The notes below the pieces were generated by a model. That model saw nothing but the letters and a program-made list of their open reading frames with translations, did not search any database and was not told the origin of the DNA. The translations under genes and the position numbers were made by a program. Below, piece after piece: positions 12,056 to 25,700 of a DNA stretch of 64,000 nt (positions are counted from its first letter, which is position 1; each line of letters begins with the position of its first letter). Where the stretch lies: contig OZ024742.1 of NCBI GenBank assembly GCA_964016885.1, forward strand, positions 367,350,001-367,414,000. The letters run 5' to 3'. The stretch is from Eledone cirrhosa (taxonomy: Eukaryota).

Positions 12056-12151
12056 ACCCCGACGGCTGAGCTCCGGCCGTTTCGACAGCTAGATCCGAAC
12101 TAAACTGCCAGTATTCGAACGGCAGGAATCTAGCTGAACTTATCAAGGGAT
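12056..12151 (-). ncRNA. Type I hammerhead ribozyme, U3-A8 variant, long stem II (family A, best-folded copy)
   Basis: AUCCC-UUGAUAA-G-UU-CAGCUAGAUUC-CUGCC(loop)GGCAG-bulge-GGAUCUAGCUG-U-C-GAAA-CGGC(CGGAGCUCA)GCCG-UC^-GGGGU. Predicted cut between 12061 and 12060. Confidence 0.8.
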
Positions 12152-12317
12152 ACAATCCATATATGGGCAGACAGTCAAAGCAAAAAAAAAAAAAATCTTT
12201 AAAATTCTCTTGTTCCTCTGTTTTTTGTTTTTTGTTTTTCTCGAGGAGTGTTCAGTAATGTGGGGTGAGGGGAAACGTTTGTTCAAATGGCTGGTTTAGT
12301 CCTGGTAATGTCTTGTA

Positions 12318-12503
12318 TGGATTGGCAGTATCGGTAGAGGGTCGGACGCCATGCTTTCTAGCATAGAGTTACGGCCCTTTCCATTCTGAGTTCAACTGCC
12401 GCCAATGTTAACTTTGCCTTTCATCCTTACGAGGTCGATAAAATAAAGTACCAGTAATGTACTGGGGTAATTGCTGGCCTTGTTCCAAAAGTAGAAACAA
12501 TTA
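12318..12503 (+). mobile_element. tRNA-derived SINE, family 1, near full length
   Basis: A/B box remnants, central GCCTTTCATCC...GTCGATAAAATAAAGTACCAG and tail GTAGAAACAATTA. Confidence 0.85.
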
Positions 12504-12515
12504 TCTATATTTATT

Positions 12516-12630
12516 AAGGGCGGTGGATTGGCAGAATCGGTAGAGGTTCGGACGTCATGCTTTGCAGAATAGAGTTACGGCCCTTTACGATTTGAGTTCA
12601 AATCCCACTGAGGTTAACTTTGCTTTTCAT
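12516..12630 (+). mobile_element. tRNA-derived SINE, family 1, 3'-truncated tandem copy
   Basis: Same head as 7774-7888. Confidence 0.8.
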
Positions 12631-13055
12631 AGTTACATATCAATTTTACATATTTCTCAGTCTACTGAAAAATATGATTGAATGTCTTTAATCGACGTTC
12701 GATCTCTATTGTGGCCTCAGAAGAAGTTATCTACATCAGCTATACTACCTCAAGGAATATTGTAAGTATAGATGTTATTTTCATAGAGAGGTAAACCCAG
12801 ATTGTTGGACAGGGTTCAATCCTTGGGATATCATCAGGGATTGTGTTTCCTATTTAAACATCTATGGTGATACTGCTTATACATCCACTATTACAGACAG
12901 CTTTGGTAGCGATCTCTCTCTATTGATACACACGCGCATACTTATATATATATATATATATATATATTATATTATATTATATTTAGAGTTTTAAACACAA
13001 ACAGTCATTTACAATTAATTAGCTCAAAGTAAGAAGCATTTCTGAGCCGTGAAAT

Positions 13056-14157
<1,102 letters not shown>

Positions 14158-14744
14158 AGGAATCATTTTCCTACACACACACATACACACACACACAATA
14201 TATATATATATATATTCTCTTAACATGCTAACCATACTCCCACACACATAACACCCATACACACACATAACAACCCCCACACCTACAACACCCTCCCCAT
14301 TTCTACTAATAGAACCACTTTCCTACACACATATATATATACACACACACAAAATATATATTCTCTCTATCTAACATATACACACACACAAGCACACAAA
14401 TAAACACATATCTTCAGTCTCAATAGAAAATCTGAACTCTGACACCTGAACTCTGACAGCTGGCCATATTCACTGAACCAGAACATTTCTCCCAATCCCT
14501 TTTCCCTTGACCACTATCTCTCCATTGTCATAACATTCACTATAAAGACTACAGAATAGTTTTCCAAATAAGGGCGCAAAAATGTAATGAAAACTTGTTC
14601 ACGTGACAGCCAAATTTCATTTATAACCAACCAAAAAAAAGCCTTCGTGACCCTCATTTTTTCAAGTAAAAAGAAATTCAAACACTCATATATGAAAAAA
14701 ACAAACTGTGACAACCCCCCCCCCTCTCTTATTTGAAGAACTAT

Positions 14745-15074
14745 TGAAACGCGAACTGGCGCGAAATTTATATAATTATTGACAAACCAATCAAATTACT
14801 TCTCGAAAAACCTGGTTTTCGAGCCACTTTTTCCATATAAAACAAGTAACATTTAGAGACCAACCAGATGTGAGAAAAACCACAGACCCTCCATCTCAAC
14901 TCACCTTTTGAAAAGCAGAAGAACTGCGAAACCGGTAAAGGAACCAAATAAATATATATATTTAAAAAAAAAATAAGACTTCAGTTGCATTTTCGATTTC
15001 ATCCCTTTTTCTTTATACTTCCACTCGTGTAGGACACCTCGGTTATTTTTCATTTTGTAAAAAAAAACCTCACT

Positions 15075-15080
<6 letters not shown>
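14745..15080 (+). mobile_element. PLE-type terminal repeat, family B, longest copy
   Basis: Homologous to 7250-7440 and, inverted, to 15221-15385. Contains the hammerhead and ends in (TA)n. Left boundary approximate. Confidence 0.72.
14904..14941 (+). ncRNA. Minimal type I hammerhead ribozyme, U3-A8 variant, intact (family B)
   Basis: CCUU-UUGAAAA-GCAG(AAGAA)CUGC-GAAA-CCGG-UA^-AAGG. Stems I and II are perfect 4-bp helices, and the stem III region is the palindrome ACCGGU. Predicted cut after 14937. Confidence 0.8.
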
Positions 15081-15112
<32 letters not shown>

Positions 15113-15220
15113 TAAACGGCAAAGAAAATGCTAACAAATTGTTCACAGTGAAAAATAGTTTAATTAGGAATAAGTGAGAATTAGTAATAGTATTGGTTAG
15201 TATTCAGTTTTGGTTTTAAG

Positions 15221-15385
15221 TTTTACCGGTTGCACATTTCTAATGCTTTTCAAAAATAATTTTGAGGTAGAGCGTCCGTGATGTTTGCTCTAATCTGATT
15301 AGTTTTGGAAATTCTACCCGTTTTTATGTAAAAAAAGTGGCTCCAGTGGTATTAAAATAAGTTTTGCGCCAATTCGTGTTGCAAA
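15221..15385 (-). mobile_element. Diverged inverted family B terminal repeat with decayed hammerhead (15221-15256)
   Basis: Minus strand UUU-UUGAAAA-GCAU(UAGAA)AUGU-GCAA-CCGG-UA-AAA. Shares the GAGCCACTTTTT and TGGCGC.AAA blocks with 14745-14941. Confidence 0.65.
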
Positions 15386-15387
15386 AA

Positions 15388-16032
15388 TACATATGCCCTA
15401 TAGTGTCCACATATGCCCTATAGTGTCTACATATGCCCTATAGTGTCTACATATGCCCTATAGTGTCTACATATGCCCTATAGTGTCCACATATGCCCTA
15501 TAGTGTCCACATATGCCCTATAGTGTCTACATATGCCCTATAGTGTCTACATATGCCCTATAGTGTCTACATATGCCCTATAGTGTCTACATATGCCCTA
15601 TAGTGTCCACATATGCCCTATAGTGTCTACATATGCCCTATAGTGTCTACATATGCCCTATAGTGACTACATATGCCCTATAGTGTCTACATATGCCCTA
15701 TAGTGTCTACATATGCCCTATGGTGTCTACATATGCCCTATAGTGTCTACATATGCCATATAATGTCTACATATGCCCTATAGTGTCTACATATGCCCCC
15801 CTATAGTGTCTACATATGCCCTATAGTGTCTACATATGCCCTATAGTGTCTACATATGCCCTATAGTGTCTACATATGCGCTATAGTGTCTACATATGTC
15901 CTATAGTGTCTACATATTCCCTATAGTATCCACATATGCCGATAGTGTCTACATATGCCCTATAGTGTCCACATATGCCCTATAGTGTCTACATATGCCC
16001 TATAGTGTCTACATATGCCCCCTATAGTGTCT
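15388..16032 (-). repeat. 20-bp satellite, inverted sister array, ~32 copies
   Basis: Reverse complement of the 9073-11799 monomer, with the same proximal flank and variant series. Confidence 0.97.
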
Positions 16033-16105
16033 GTAGTACTGTAAAACAATGTATCAAAGAACTGGTAAAGCAATGTAATGGTTTCTAGTCACTTATGCTC
16101 TCAGA

Positions 16106-16330
16106 AGTGAAGGCGTGTGGCTGAGTGGTTAGAGAATTGGATTCGCAATCGTGAGTTTGTGAGTTCGATTCCCGGACCAGGCGATGAGTTGTGTCCTTGA
16201 GCAAGACACTTTATTTCACGTTGCTCCTTCTACCTGGAGTTGTGACCGATAGATAGTACTAGCAATTGGAAAGACCGATGGAAGCATTGTTTCCTCGGTC
16301 CGATTTGACGAATGTTGATCGACAGTAAAA
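16106..16330 (+). mobile_element. tRNA-derived SINE, family 2, with 11-bp TSD
   Basis: A box TGGCTGAGTGG, B box GAGTTCGATTCC and central TGTGTCCTTGAGCAAGACACTT. TSD ATGCTCTCAGA at 16095-16105 and 16331-16341. Confidence 0.88.
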
Positions 16331-16404
16331 ATGCTCTCAGAGGAAGAAACATTGCAGCAGTCGATAGCTAAATATGTGTCTTTCTACTATAGGATTATTA
16401 TATA

Positions 16405-16441
<37 letters not shown>

Positions 16442-16533
16442 TATTTACATACATACATACACCAGGATAGAACCAGTTTCAAACTAGTTAGACCATTACT
16501 CAACATAGTCTCCGATACTTGCGATAGTAGAGT

Positions 16534-17210
16534 CTTAGTCTTAGTTCCTCCAGTCCCTTGTGGAACATTGGGCGACGAGCTTCCCCCATTTGATCCTGTC
16601 ACTGGCGGCCCTTCCAGCACCTCTCCAGGTAATTCCCATCTCCCGCAGGTCCTCCCTGAATGTGCTCCGCCATGTCTTTCGTGATCTTGACCGTTCTCTC
16701 CTGCCACCTTCTGGTACCAAATCCATGACAATATGAGCAGGTCGATCTGCCGGCAAACGAAGGATGTAGCCCGCGAACCGCCGTCTCCTTTTCCCGACAA
16801 TGTCCCTTAACCTCTCCAATCCTGACCTCCTCATCACTTCCTCGTTGCTAACTTGGTCTCTCCATGAAATTTTCAATATGGTCCGAATGCAACAACGGTG
16901 GAATACATCAAGCTTGTTACATACACTTTCCGTACTCGTCCTTGTTTCACAGGCATATATCGCTGTTGGTACTACAATGGACATCTAAACACGGAATTTG
17001 ACGGCGTTGCCGATGGAACACCTGGACCATACCGGACGGAGTCGCTGGAAGACCGCCGCTGCTTTTCCCAGCCTTGTGCGCACATCCACCTCAGCCTCCC
17101 CATCGTCAGAGATGTTGCTGCCAAGGTATTGGAAGTGGTTTACACATTCAATGTTACGCTGACCAACCATAATGGGAGGATTTGGAGGGTCACCAAGAAA
17201 AAAAAACCAA
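16534..17210 (-). mobile_element. 5'-truncated RTE-type LINE, original insertion with 11-bp TSD
   Basis: Same ORF remnant and same internal stop as 7935-8556, but extends further 5'. GATAGTAGAGT flanks it at 16523-16533 and 17211-17221. Confidence 0.9.
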
Positions 17211-17243
17211 GATAGTAGAGTATGACTATATTATAAAGAGTTT

Positions 17244-17320
17244 CTGAGCTCTTGCCGTTTCTACAGCTGGTTCCAGTCAGGAACTAGCTATTGAAACGTC
17301 AGGAGCTCAGCCGTCGGGTT
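17244..17320. repeat. Fold-back of two family A half-hammerheads
   Basis: CTGAGCTCTTGCCGTTTCTACAGCTGGTTCC-AGTCA-GGAACTAGCTATTGAAACGTCAGGAGCTCAG-CCGTCGGG. Confidence 0.7.
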
Positions 17321-17349
17321 TCGATTATTTTAATATATGCATACATAAT

Positions 17350-17534
17350 TGTTTCTACTTTTGGCACAAGGCCAGCAATTATTCCAGTATATTACTGGTA
17401 CTTTATTTTATCGACCCCGTAAGGATGAATGGCAAAGTTAACCTCGGCGGGATTTGAACTTAGATCGTAAAGGGACATAACTATGCTGGAAAGCATGTCC
17501 GGCACTCTACCGATACTGCCAATTCACCGCCCTT
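17350..17534 (-). mobile_element. tRNA-derived SINE, family 1, full length, with 17-bp TSD
   Basis: Reverse-complement homolog of 12318-12503. ATATATGCATACATAAT flanks it at 17333-17349 and 17535-17551. Confidence 0.9.
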
Positions 17535-17639
17535 ATATATGCATACATAATGAATATCAAAAATCAATATTACTCAAAATGTTGTTTTACTTTTGAAATC
17601 ATCATTATAACCTGTTGCACCCTCTCCCACTATCTCATG

Positions 17640-17714
<75 letters not shown>

Positions 17715-17935
17715 ATCTCCCTTGCTTCATGTATATCCAAATAGGTATTGAACACTCACGTATTTATCGGATATTATACATAGTATATATACACTCACGT
17801 ATTTATATATATAAATACATATATTTATATATATATACATACACACACATATATATATATATATATATAAGCGTTTATAAACATACATGTTTATTTATAT
17901 ATAAATATGTATATATGAAAAAATATATATATGCT
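17640..17935. repeat. (TA)n and degenerate AT-rich low-complexity sequence
   Basis: Direct observation. Confidence 0.9.
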
Positions 17936-18097
17936 TAAAATATTGTTGAAATAAAATGTCTTGGAATCATCAAAGAGTTACGTAGTAAAATATTGGTTGA
18001 GACTCTACAAGATATTCTATAAAATTTAATCAACAGAAAACATAGAAACCACGTGATTATAGGTCGCACAGATTGAGAGCAAAGAATCTCTGGGGAT

Positions 18098-18220
18098 TGT
18101 GGTGGTGGTGGTGGTGGTGGTGGTGGTGGTGGTGGTGGTGGTGTAGTGGTGTAGTGGTGATGGTAATGGCGGAGGAGGTGGTATTGGTGGTGGTGGTGGT
18201 GGAGGAGATGGAGGAGGTAG
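18098..18220. repeat. (TGG)n microsatellite with degenerate tail
   Basis: Direct observation. Confidence 0.95.
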
Positions 18221-18486
18221 TGTCGAGTATTTTATTTGATATGGTGGAGCTGCTGGTAAAAGACGTATGGAGATCAATACATAAAAGGAATAAGTATTAA
18301 AACCTGGCAGTTCTGTTTCCTGTAACACACATACCTTTCAACATTCAAACACATATCTGTGTGTGTGTGTGTCTGTCTGTGTCTGTGTGTGTGTGTATTA
18401 TTTATGTGCATACACGGAAAAAAGCGCTACACAAGGTATCAAGGCCCAATTTCTACCACACCTCCATATATATATATATACATATA

Positions 18487-18572
18487 TAGGAAAAGTGTCA
18501 GGACCCTGACGGTATGAGCTCCGGCTGTTTTGACAGCTAGATCCGAACTGGTTCCTTACCACGCCTTCTTTG

Positions 18573-18576
<4 letters not shown>
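18487..18576. mobile_element. Rearranged family A fragment (half-hammerhead joined to an inverted terminal end)
   Basis: GGACCCTGACGG...GACAGCTAGATCCGAACT matches 12054-12101. It then switches to CTGGTTCCTTACCAC...CTTTGTTAT, matching 6328-6356. It lies between (TA)n tracts. Confidence 0.7.
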
Positions 18577-18655
<79 letters not shown>

Positions 18656-18678
18656 TAGATAGGTAGATAGATAGATAG
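18574..18678. repeat. (TA)n(GA)n(GATA)n compound microsatellite
   Basis: Direct observation. Confidence 0.95.
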
Positions 18679-19151
18679 AATTTAGCGAGAATCGCATTTC
18701 GGCGGGTAGAAATTAGCGAAACGCAACTTCAATAATGTGCAGACAAGCGCTCCATGGATATGAAGAGGATAGCAGAGCTATAAACAAAAGTTAAAATAGT
18801 CATACACGCTGAGACGATGGTTAAGAAGCCATAGCCACCATACCCAAAAATGCGAACAAGCTAAACGGGTCAAACAAAATGAGATATGATTGAAATAGTT
18901 ACCCGGACCCTCGGGGAAGATGTAATACTCCGAAATTTGGGTTTCTGCAACACCTAAATCAATAATACTGTCTGCTTATAAAAATAAAAATAAGCTTTTG
19001 GTATAATGATCGAACAAGGCGTTACTTTCTCAACGGGTTTTTATTCATTTTTCGCCGGAATCTCTCGGATGTGAAAGCACATGTGAGATTCTAAGAGGAG
19101 CAAACACCTATTTTGGCCAGTGAATTCAGCATGTGTAGTTATTCCAAAAAT

Positions 19152-19358
<207 letters not shown>

Positions 19359-19700
19359 CACCCTGTCCGTCAGGCAGGGCTGGTGGGGCTGCCGGTTTAG
19401 TCGTCGACGACCAGACCATACGAGACATGTATGATCAGAATCCCTTGTCATCAAAGTCACGGATAAAAGAATGCCAGATGTCCTTTTATACAGCTAGCTT
19501 GATGGTGGATATTGAAATAATTTGGGTGGCCACGGCTCAGGAACAAAGACAAGCTGGTGAGTTGTTTCAGGTACCTTATGAGATATTTGAGCAAGTGACA
19601 TTGTAGTGGAATAACTGGAGATATGTGAGTAATAATGGGATCAGGAAATTTGAGTCTGGTTATATCCATAGACTACAAGAAAAAAGACGGAGTAGAAAAG

Positions 19701-22700
19701 CATTATCAAACATACCATCAACATTAACAAACATACCAGCAACATTATCAAACATACCATCAACATTATCAAGCATACCATCAATATTATCAAACATACC
19801 ATCAACATTAACAAACATACCAGCAACATTATCAAACATACCATCAACATTATCAAACATACCAGCAATATTATCAAACATACCATCAACATTAACAAAT
19901 ATACCAGCAATATTATCAAACATGCCATCAACATTATCAAACATACCAACAACATTATCAAACATACCAGCAATATTATCAAACATATCAGCAATATTAT
20001 CAAACATACCAGCAATATTATCAAACATACCATCATCATTATCAAACATACCATCAACATTATCAAACACCATCAATATTATGAAACATACCATCAACAT
20101 TATCAAACATACCATCAACATTATCAAACATACCACCAATATTATCAAACATACCAGCAATATTATCAAACATATCATAAACATTATCAAACATCCCAGC
20201 AACATTATCAAACATACCATCAACATTATCAAACATACCATCAACATTATCAAACATACCACAAATATTATCAAACATAACAGCAATATTATCAAACATT
20301 CCACCAACATTATCAAACATACCAACAACATTATCAAACATACCATCAACATTATCAAACATAACTTCAACATGATCAAACATACCATCAACATTATCAA
20401 ACATACCATCAACATTATCAAACATACCATCAACGTCATCAAACATACCACAAATATTATCAAACATAGCAGCAATATTATCAAACATACCATCAACATT
20501 ATCAAACATACCAGCAATATTATCAAACATATCATCAACATTATCAAACATACCATATATATTATCAAAAATACCATCAACATTATCAAACATACCAACA
20601 ACATTATCAAACATAGCATCAACATTATCAAACATACCGTCAATATTTACAAAATACCATCATCATTATCAAACATACAATCAAAATTATCAAACACCAT
20701 CAATATTATCAAACATACCATCAACATTATCACCATCAACATTATCAAACATACCATCAAGATTATCAAACATAACAGCAATATTATCAAACATACCACC
20801 AACATTATCAAACATACCACCAACATTATCAAACATACCATCAACATTATCAAACATAACTTCAACATTATCAAACATACCATCAACATTATCAAACATA
20901 GCATCAACATTATCAAACATACCACAAATATTATCAAACATAGCAGCAATACTATCAAACATACCACCAACATTATCAAACATACCATCAACATTATCAA
21001 ACATAACTTCAACATTATCAAACATACCATCAACATTATCAAACATACCATCAACATTATCAAACATACCATAAACATTATCAAACATACCACAAATATT
21101 ATCGAACATAGCAGCAATATTATCAAACATACCATCAATATTATCAAACATATCATCAACATTATCAAACATACCATATATATTATCAAACATACCATCA
21201 ACATTATCAAACATACCAACAACATTATCAAACATAGCATCAAAATTATCAAACATACCGTCAATATTTACAAAATACCATCATCATTATCAAACATACA
21301 ATCAACATTATCAAACACCATCAATATTATCAAACATACCATCAAGATTATCACCATCAACATTATCAAACATACCATCAACATTATAAAACATAACAGC
21401 AATATTATCAAACATACCACCAACATTATCAAACATACCACCAACATTATCAAACATACCATCAACATTATCAAACATAACTTCAACATTATCAAACATA
21501 CCATCAACATTATCAAACATACCATCAACATTATCAAACATACCACAAATATTATCAAACATAGCAGCAATATTATCAAACATACCACTAACATTATCAA
21601 ACATACCAGCAATATTATCAAACATATCATCATCATTATCAAACATACCATCAACATTATCAAACACCATCAATATTATCAAACATACCATCAACATTAT
21701 CAAACATGCCATCAATATTATCAAACATACCACCAATATTATCAAACATACCATCATTATTACCAAAAATACCATCAACATTATCAAACATACCACCAAC
21801 ATTATCAAACATACCATCCACATTATCAAACATACCATCAACATTATCAAACATTCCAGCAATATTATCAAACATACCATCATCATTATCAAACATACCA
21901 TCAACATTATCAAACACCATCAATATTATCAAACATATCATCATCATTATCAAACATACCATCAACATTATCAAACACCATCAATATTATCAAACATACC
22001 ATCAATATTATCAAACATACCACCAATATTATCAAACATACCATCAACATTATCAAACATACCACCAACATTATCAAACATACCATCAACATTATCAAAC
22101 ACACCATCAACATTATCAAACATACCATCAATATTATCAAACATACCAGCAATATTATCAAACATACCATCATCATTATCAAACATACCATCAACATTAT
22201 CAAACATAACAGCAATATTATCAAACAGTCCACCAACATTATCAAACATACCACCAACATTATCAAACATACCATCAACATTATCAAACATACCATCAAC
22301 ATTATCAAACATACCAGCAATATTATCAACCATATCATCAACATTATCAAACATACCATATATATTATCAAACATACCATCAACATTGTCAACCATACCA
22401 ACAACATTATCAAACATAGCATCAACGTTATCAAACATACCGTCAATATTAACAAAATACCATCATCATTATCAAACATACCATCAACATTATCAAACAC
22501 CATCAATATTATCAAACATACCATCAACATTATCAAACATACCATCAATATTATCAAACATACCACCAATATTATCAAACATACCATCAACATTATCAAA
22601 CATACCACCAACATTATCAAACATACCATCAACATTATCAAACATACCATCAACATTATCAAACATTCCAGCAATATTATCAAACATACCATCATCATTA

Positions 22701-25700
22701 TCAAACATACCATCAACATTATCAAACATACCATCAACATTATCAAACATACCATCAATATTATCAAACATACCACCAATATTATCAAACATACTACCAA
22801 CATTATCAAACATACCATCAATATTATCAAACATACCTTCAACATTATCAAATATACCATCAATATTATCAAACATACCATCAACATTACCAAACATACC
22901 AGCAACATTATCAAACATACCAGCAATATTATCAAACATACCATCAACATTATCAAACATACCCACAATATTATCAAACATACCTCCAACATTATCAAAC
23001 ATACCATCAACATTATCAAACATATCATCAACATTTTCAAACATACCAGCAACATTATCAAACATACTAGCAATGTTATCAAACATACCTTCAACATTAT
23101 CAAAACATACCACCAATATTAACAAACATACCTTCAACATTATCAAATATACCATCAATATTATCAAACATACCATAAACATTATCAAACATATCAACAT
23201 TATGAAACACACCATCAATATTACCAAACATACCATCAACATTATCAAACATACCACCAACATTATCAAACATACCATCAACATTATCAAACATACCATC
23301 AACATTATCAAACATACCACCAATATTATCAAACATACCAGCAATATTATCAAACATATCATAAACATTATCAAACATCCCAGCAACATTATCAAACATA
23401 CCATCAACATTATCAAACATACCATCAACATTATCAAACATACCATCAACATTACCAAACATACCATCAACATTATCTAATATACCATCAATATTATCAA
23501 ACATACAATCAACATTACCAAACATACCAGCAACATTATCAAACATACCAGCAATATTATCAAACATACCATCAACATTATCAAACATACCCACAATATT
23601 ATCAAACATACCACCAACATTATCAAACATACCATCAATATTACCAAACATACCATCAACATTATGAAACATACCATCAATATTACCAAACATACCATCA
23701 ACATTATCAAACATACGAGCAACATTATCAAACATACCATCAACATTATCAAACTTATCAAACTTTCCATCAACATTATCAATCATATGATCCACATTAT
23801 CAAATATAGCAGCAACATTATCAAACATACCAGCAATATTATCAAACATACCTTCAACATTATCAAAACATACCACCAACATTATCAAACATATCAACAT
23901 TATGAAACATACCATCAATATTACCAAACATAACATCTACATTATCAAACATACCACCAACATTATCAAACATACCAGCAATATTATCAAACATACCATC
24001 AACATAATCAAACATATCATCAACATTATCAAACATACCAGCAACATTATCAAGCATACCAGCAATATTATCAAACTTACTATCAACATTATCAAACATA
24101 CCATCAACATTATCAAACATATCATCAACATTATCAAACATACCAGCAACTTTATCAGAAATAACAGCAATATTATCAAACATACCATCAACATTATCAA
24201 ATATACCACCAATATTATCAAACATATCATCAACATTATCAAACATACCATCAATTTTATCAAACATATCATCAACATTATTAAACATACCATCAATATT
24301 ACCAAACATACCATCAACAGTATTAAACATACCAGCAACATTATCAAACATACCATCAACATTATCAAACATACCATCAATATTACCAAACATACCATCA
24401 ACATTATCAAACATACGAGCAACATTATCAAACATACCATCAATATTATCAAACATACCACCAATATTATCAAACATACCATCAACATTATCAAACATAC
24501 CATCAACATTATCAAACATACCATCAACATTATCAAACATTCCAGCAATATTATCAAACATACCATCATCATTATCAAACATACCATCAACATTATCAAA
24601 CACCATCATTATTATCAAACATACCATCAACATTATCAAACATACCATCAACATTATCAAACATACCATCAATATTATCAAACATACCACCAATATTATC
24701 AAACATACTACCAACATTATCAAACATACCATCAATATTATCAAACATACCTTCAACATTATCAAATATACCATCAATATTATCAAACATACCATCAACA
24801 TTACCAAACATACCAGCAACATTATCAAACATACCCACAATATTATCAAACATACCTCCAACATTATCAAACATACCATCAACATTATCAAACATATCAT
24901 CAACATTTTCAAACATACCAGCAACATTATCAAACATACTAGCAATGTTATCAAACATACCTTCAACATTATCAAAACATACCACCAATATTAACAAACA
25001 TACCTTCAACATTATCAAATATACCATCAATATTATCAAACATACCATAAACATTATCAAACATATCAACATTATGAAACACACCATCAATATTACCAAA
25101 CATACCATCAACATTATCAAACATACCACCAACATTATCAAACATACCATCAACATTATCAAACATACCATCAACATTATCAAACATACCACCAATATTA
25201 TCAAACATACCAGCAATATTATCAAACATATCATAAACATTATCAAACATCCCAGCAACATTATCAAACATACCATCAACATTATCAAACATACCATCAA
25301 CATTATCAAACATACCATCAACATTACCAAACATACCATCAACATTATCTAATATACCATCAATATTATCAAACATACAATCAACATTACCAAACATACC
25401 AGCAACATTATCAAACATACCAGCAATATTATCAAACATACCATCAACATTATCAAACATACCCACAATATCATCAAACATACCACCAACATTATCAAAC
25501 ATACCATCAATATTACCAAACATACCATCAACATTATGAAACATACCATCAATATTACCAAACATACCATCAACATTATCAAACATACGAGCAACATTAT
25601 CAAACATACCATCAACATTATCAAACTTATCAAACTTTCCATCAACATTATCAATCATATGATCCACATTATCAAATATAGCAGCAACATTATCAAACAT

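Noticed and set aside
16106-16185. tRNA genes at the SINE heads (also 7774, 12516, 17534)
   Set aside because: A/B boxes are present but there is no complete cloverleaf, and they continue into SINE bodies, two of which have TSDs.
19359-19700. GC-richer island with a small hairpin (CCCTG...CAGGG) as a structured RNA or exon
   Set aside because: I could not match it to a ribozyme core or protein motif. It is probably an unidentified repeat fragment and needs a database search.
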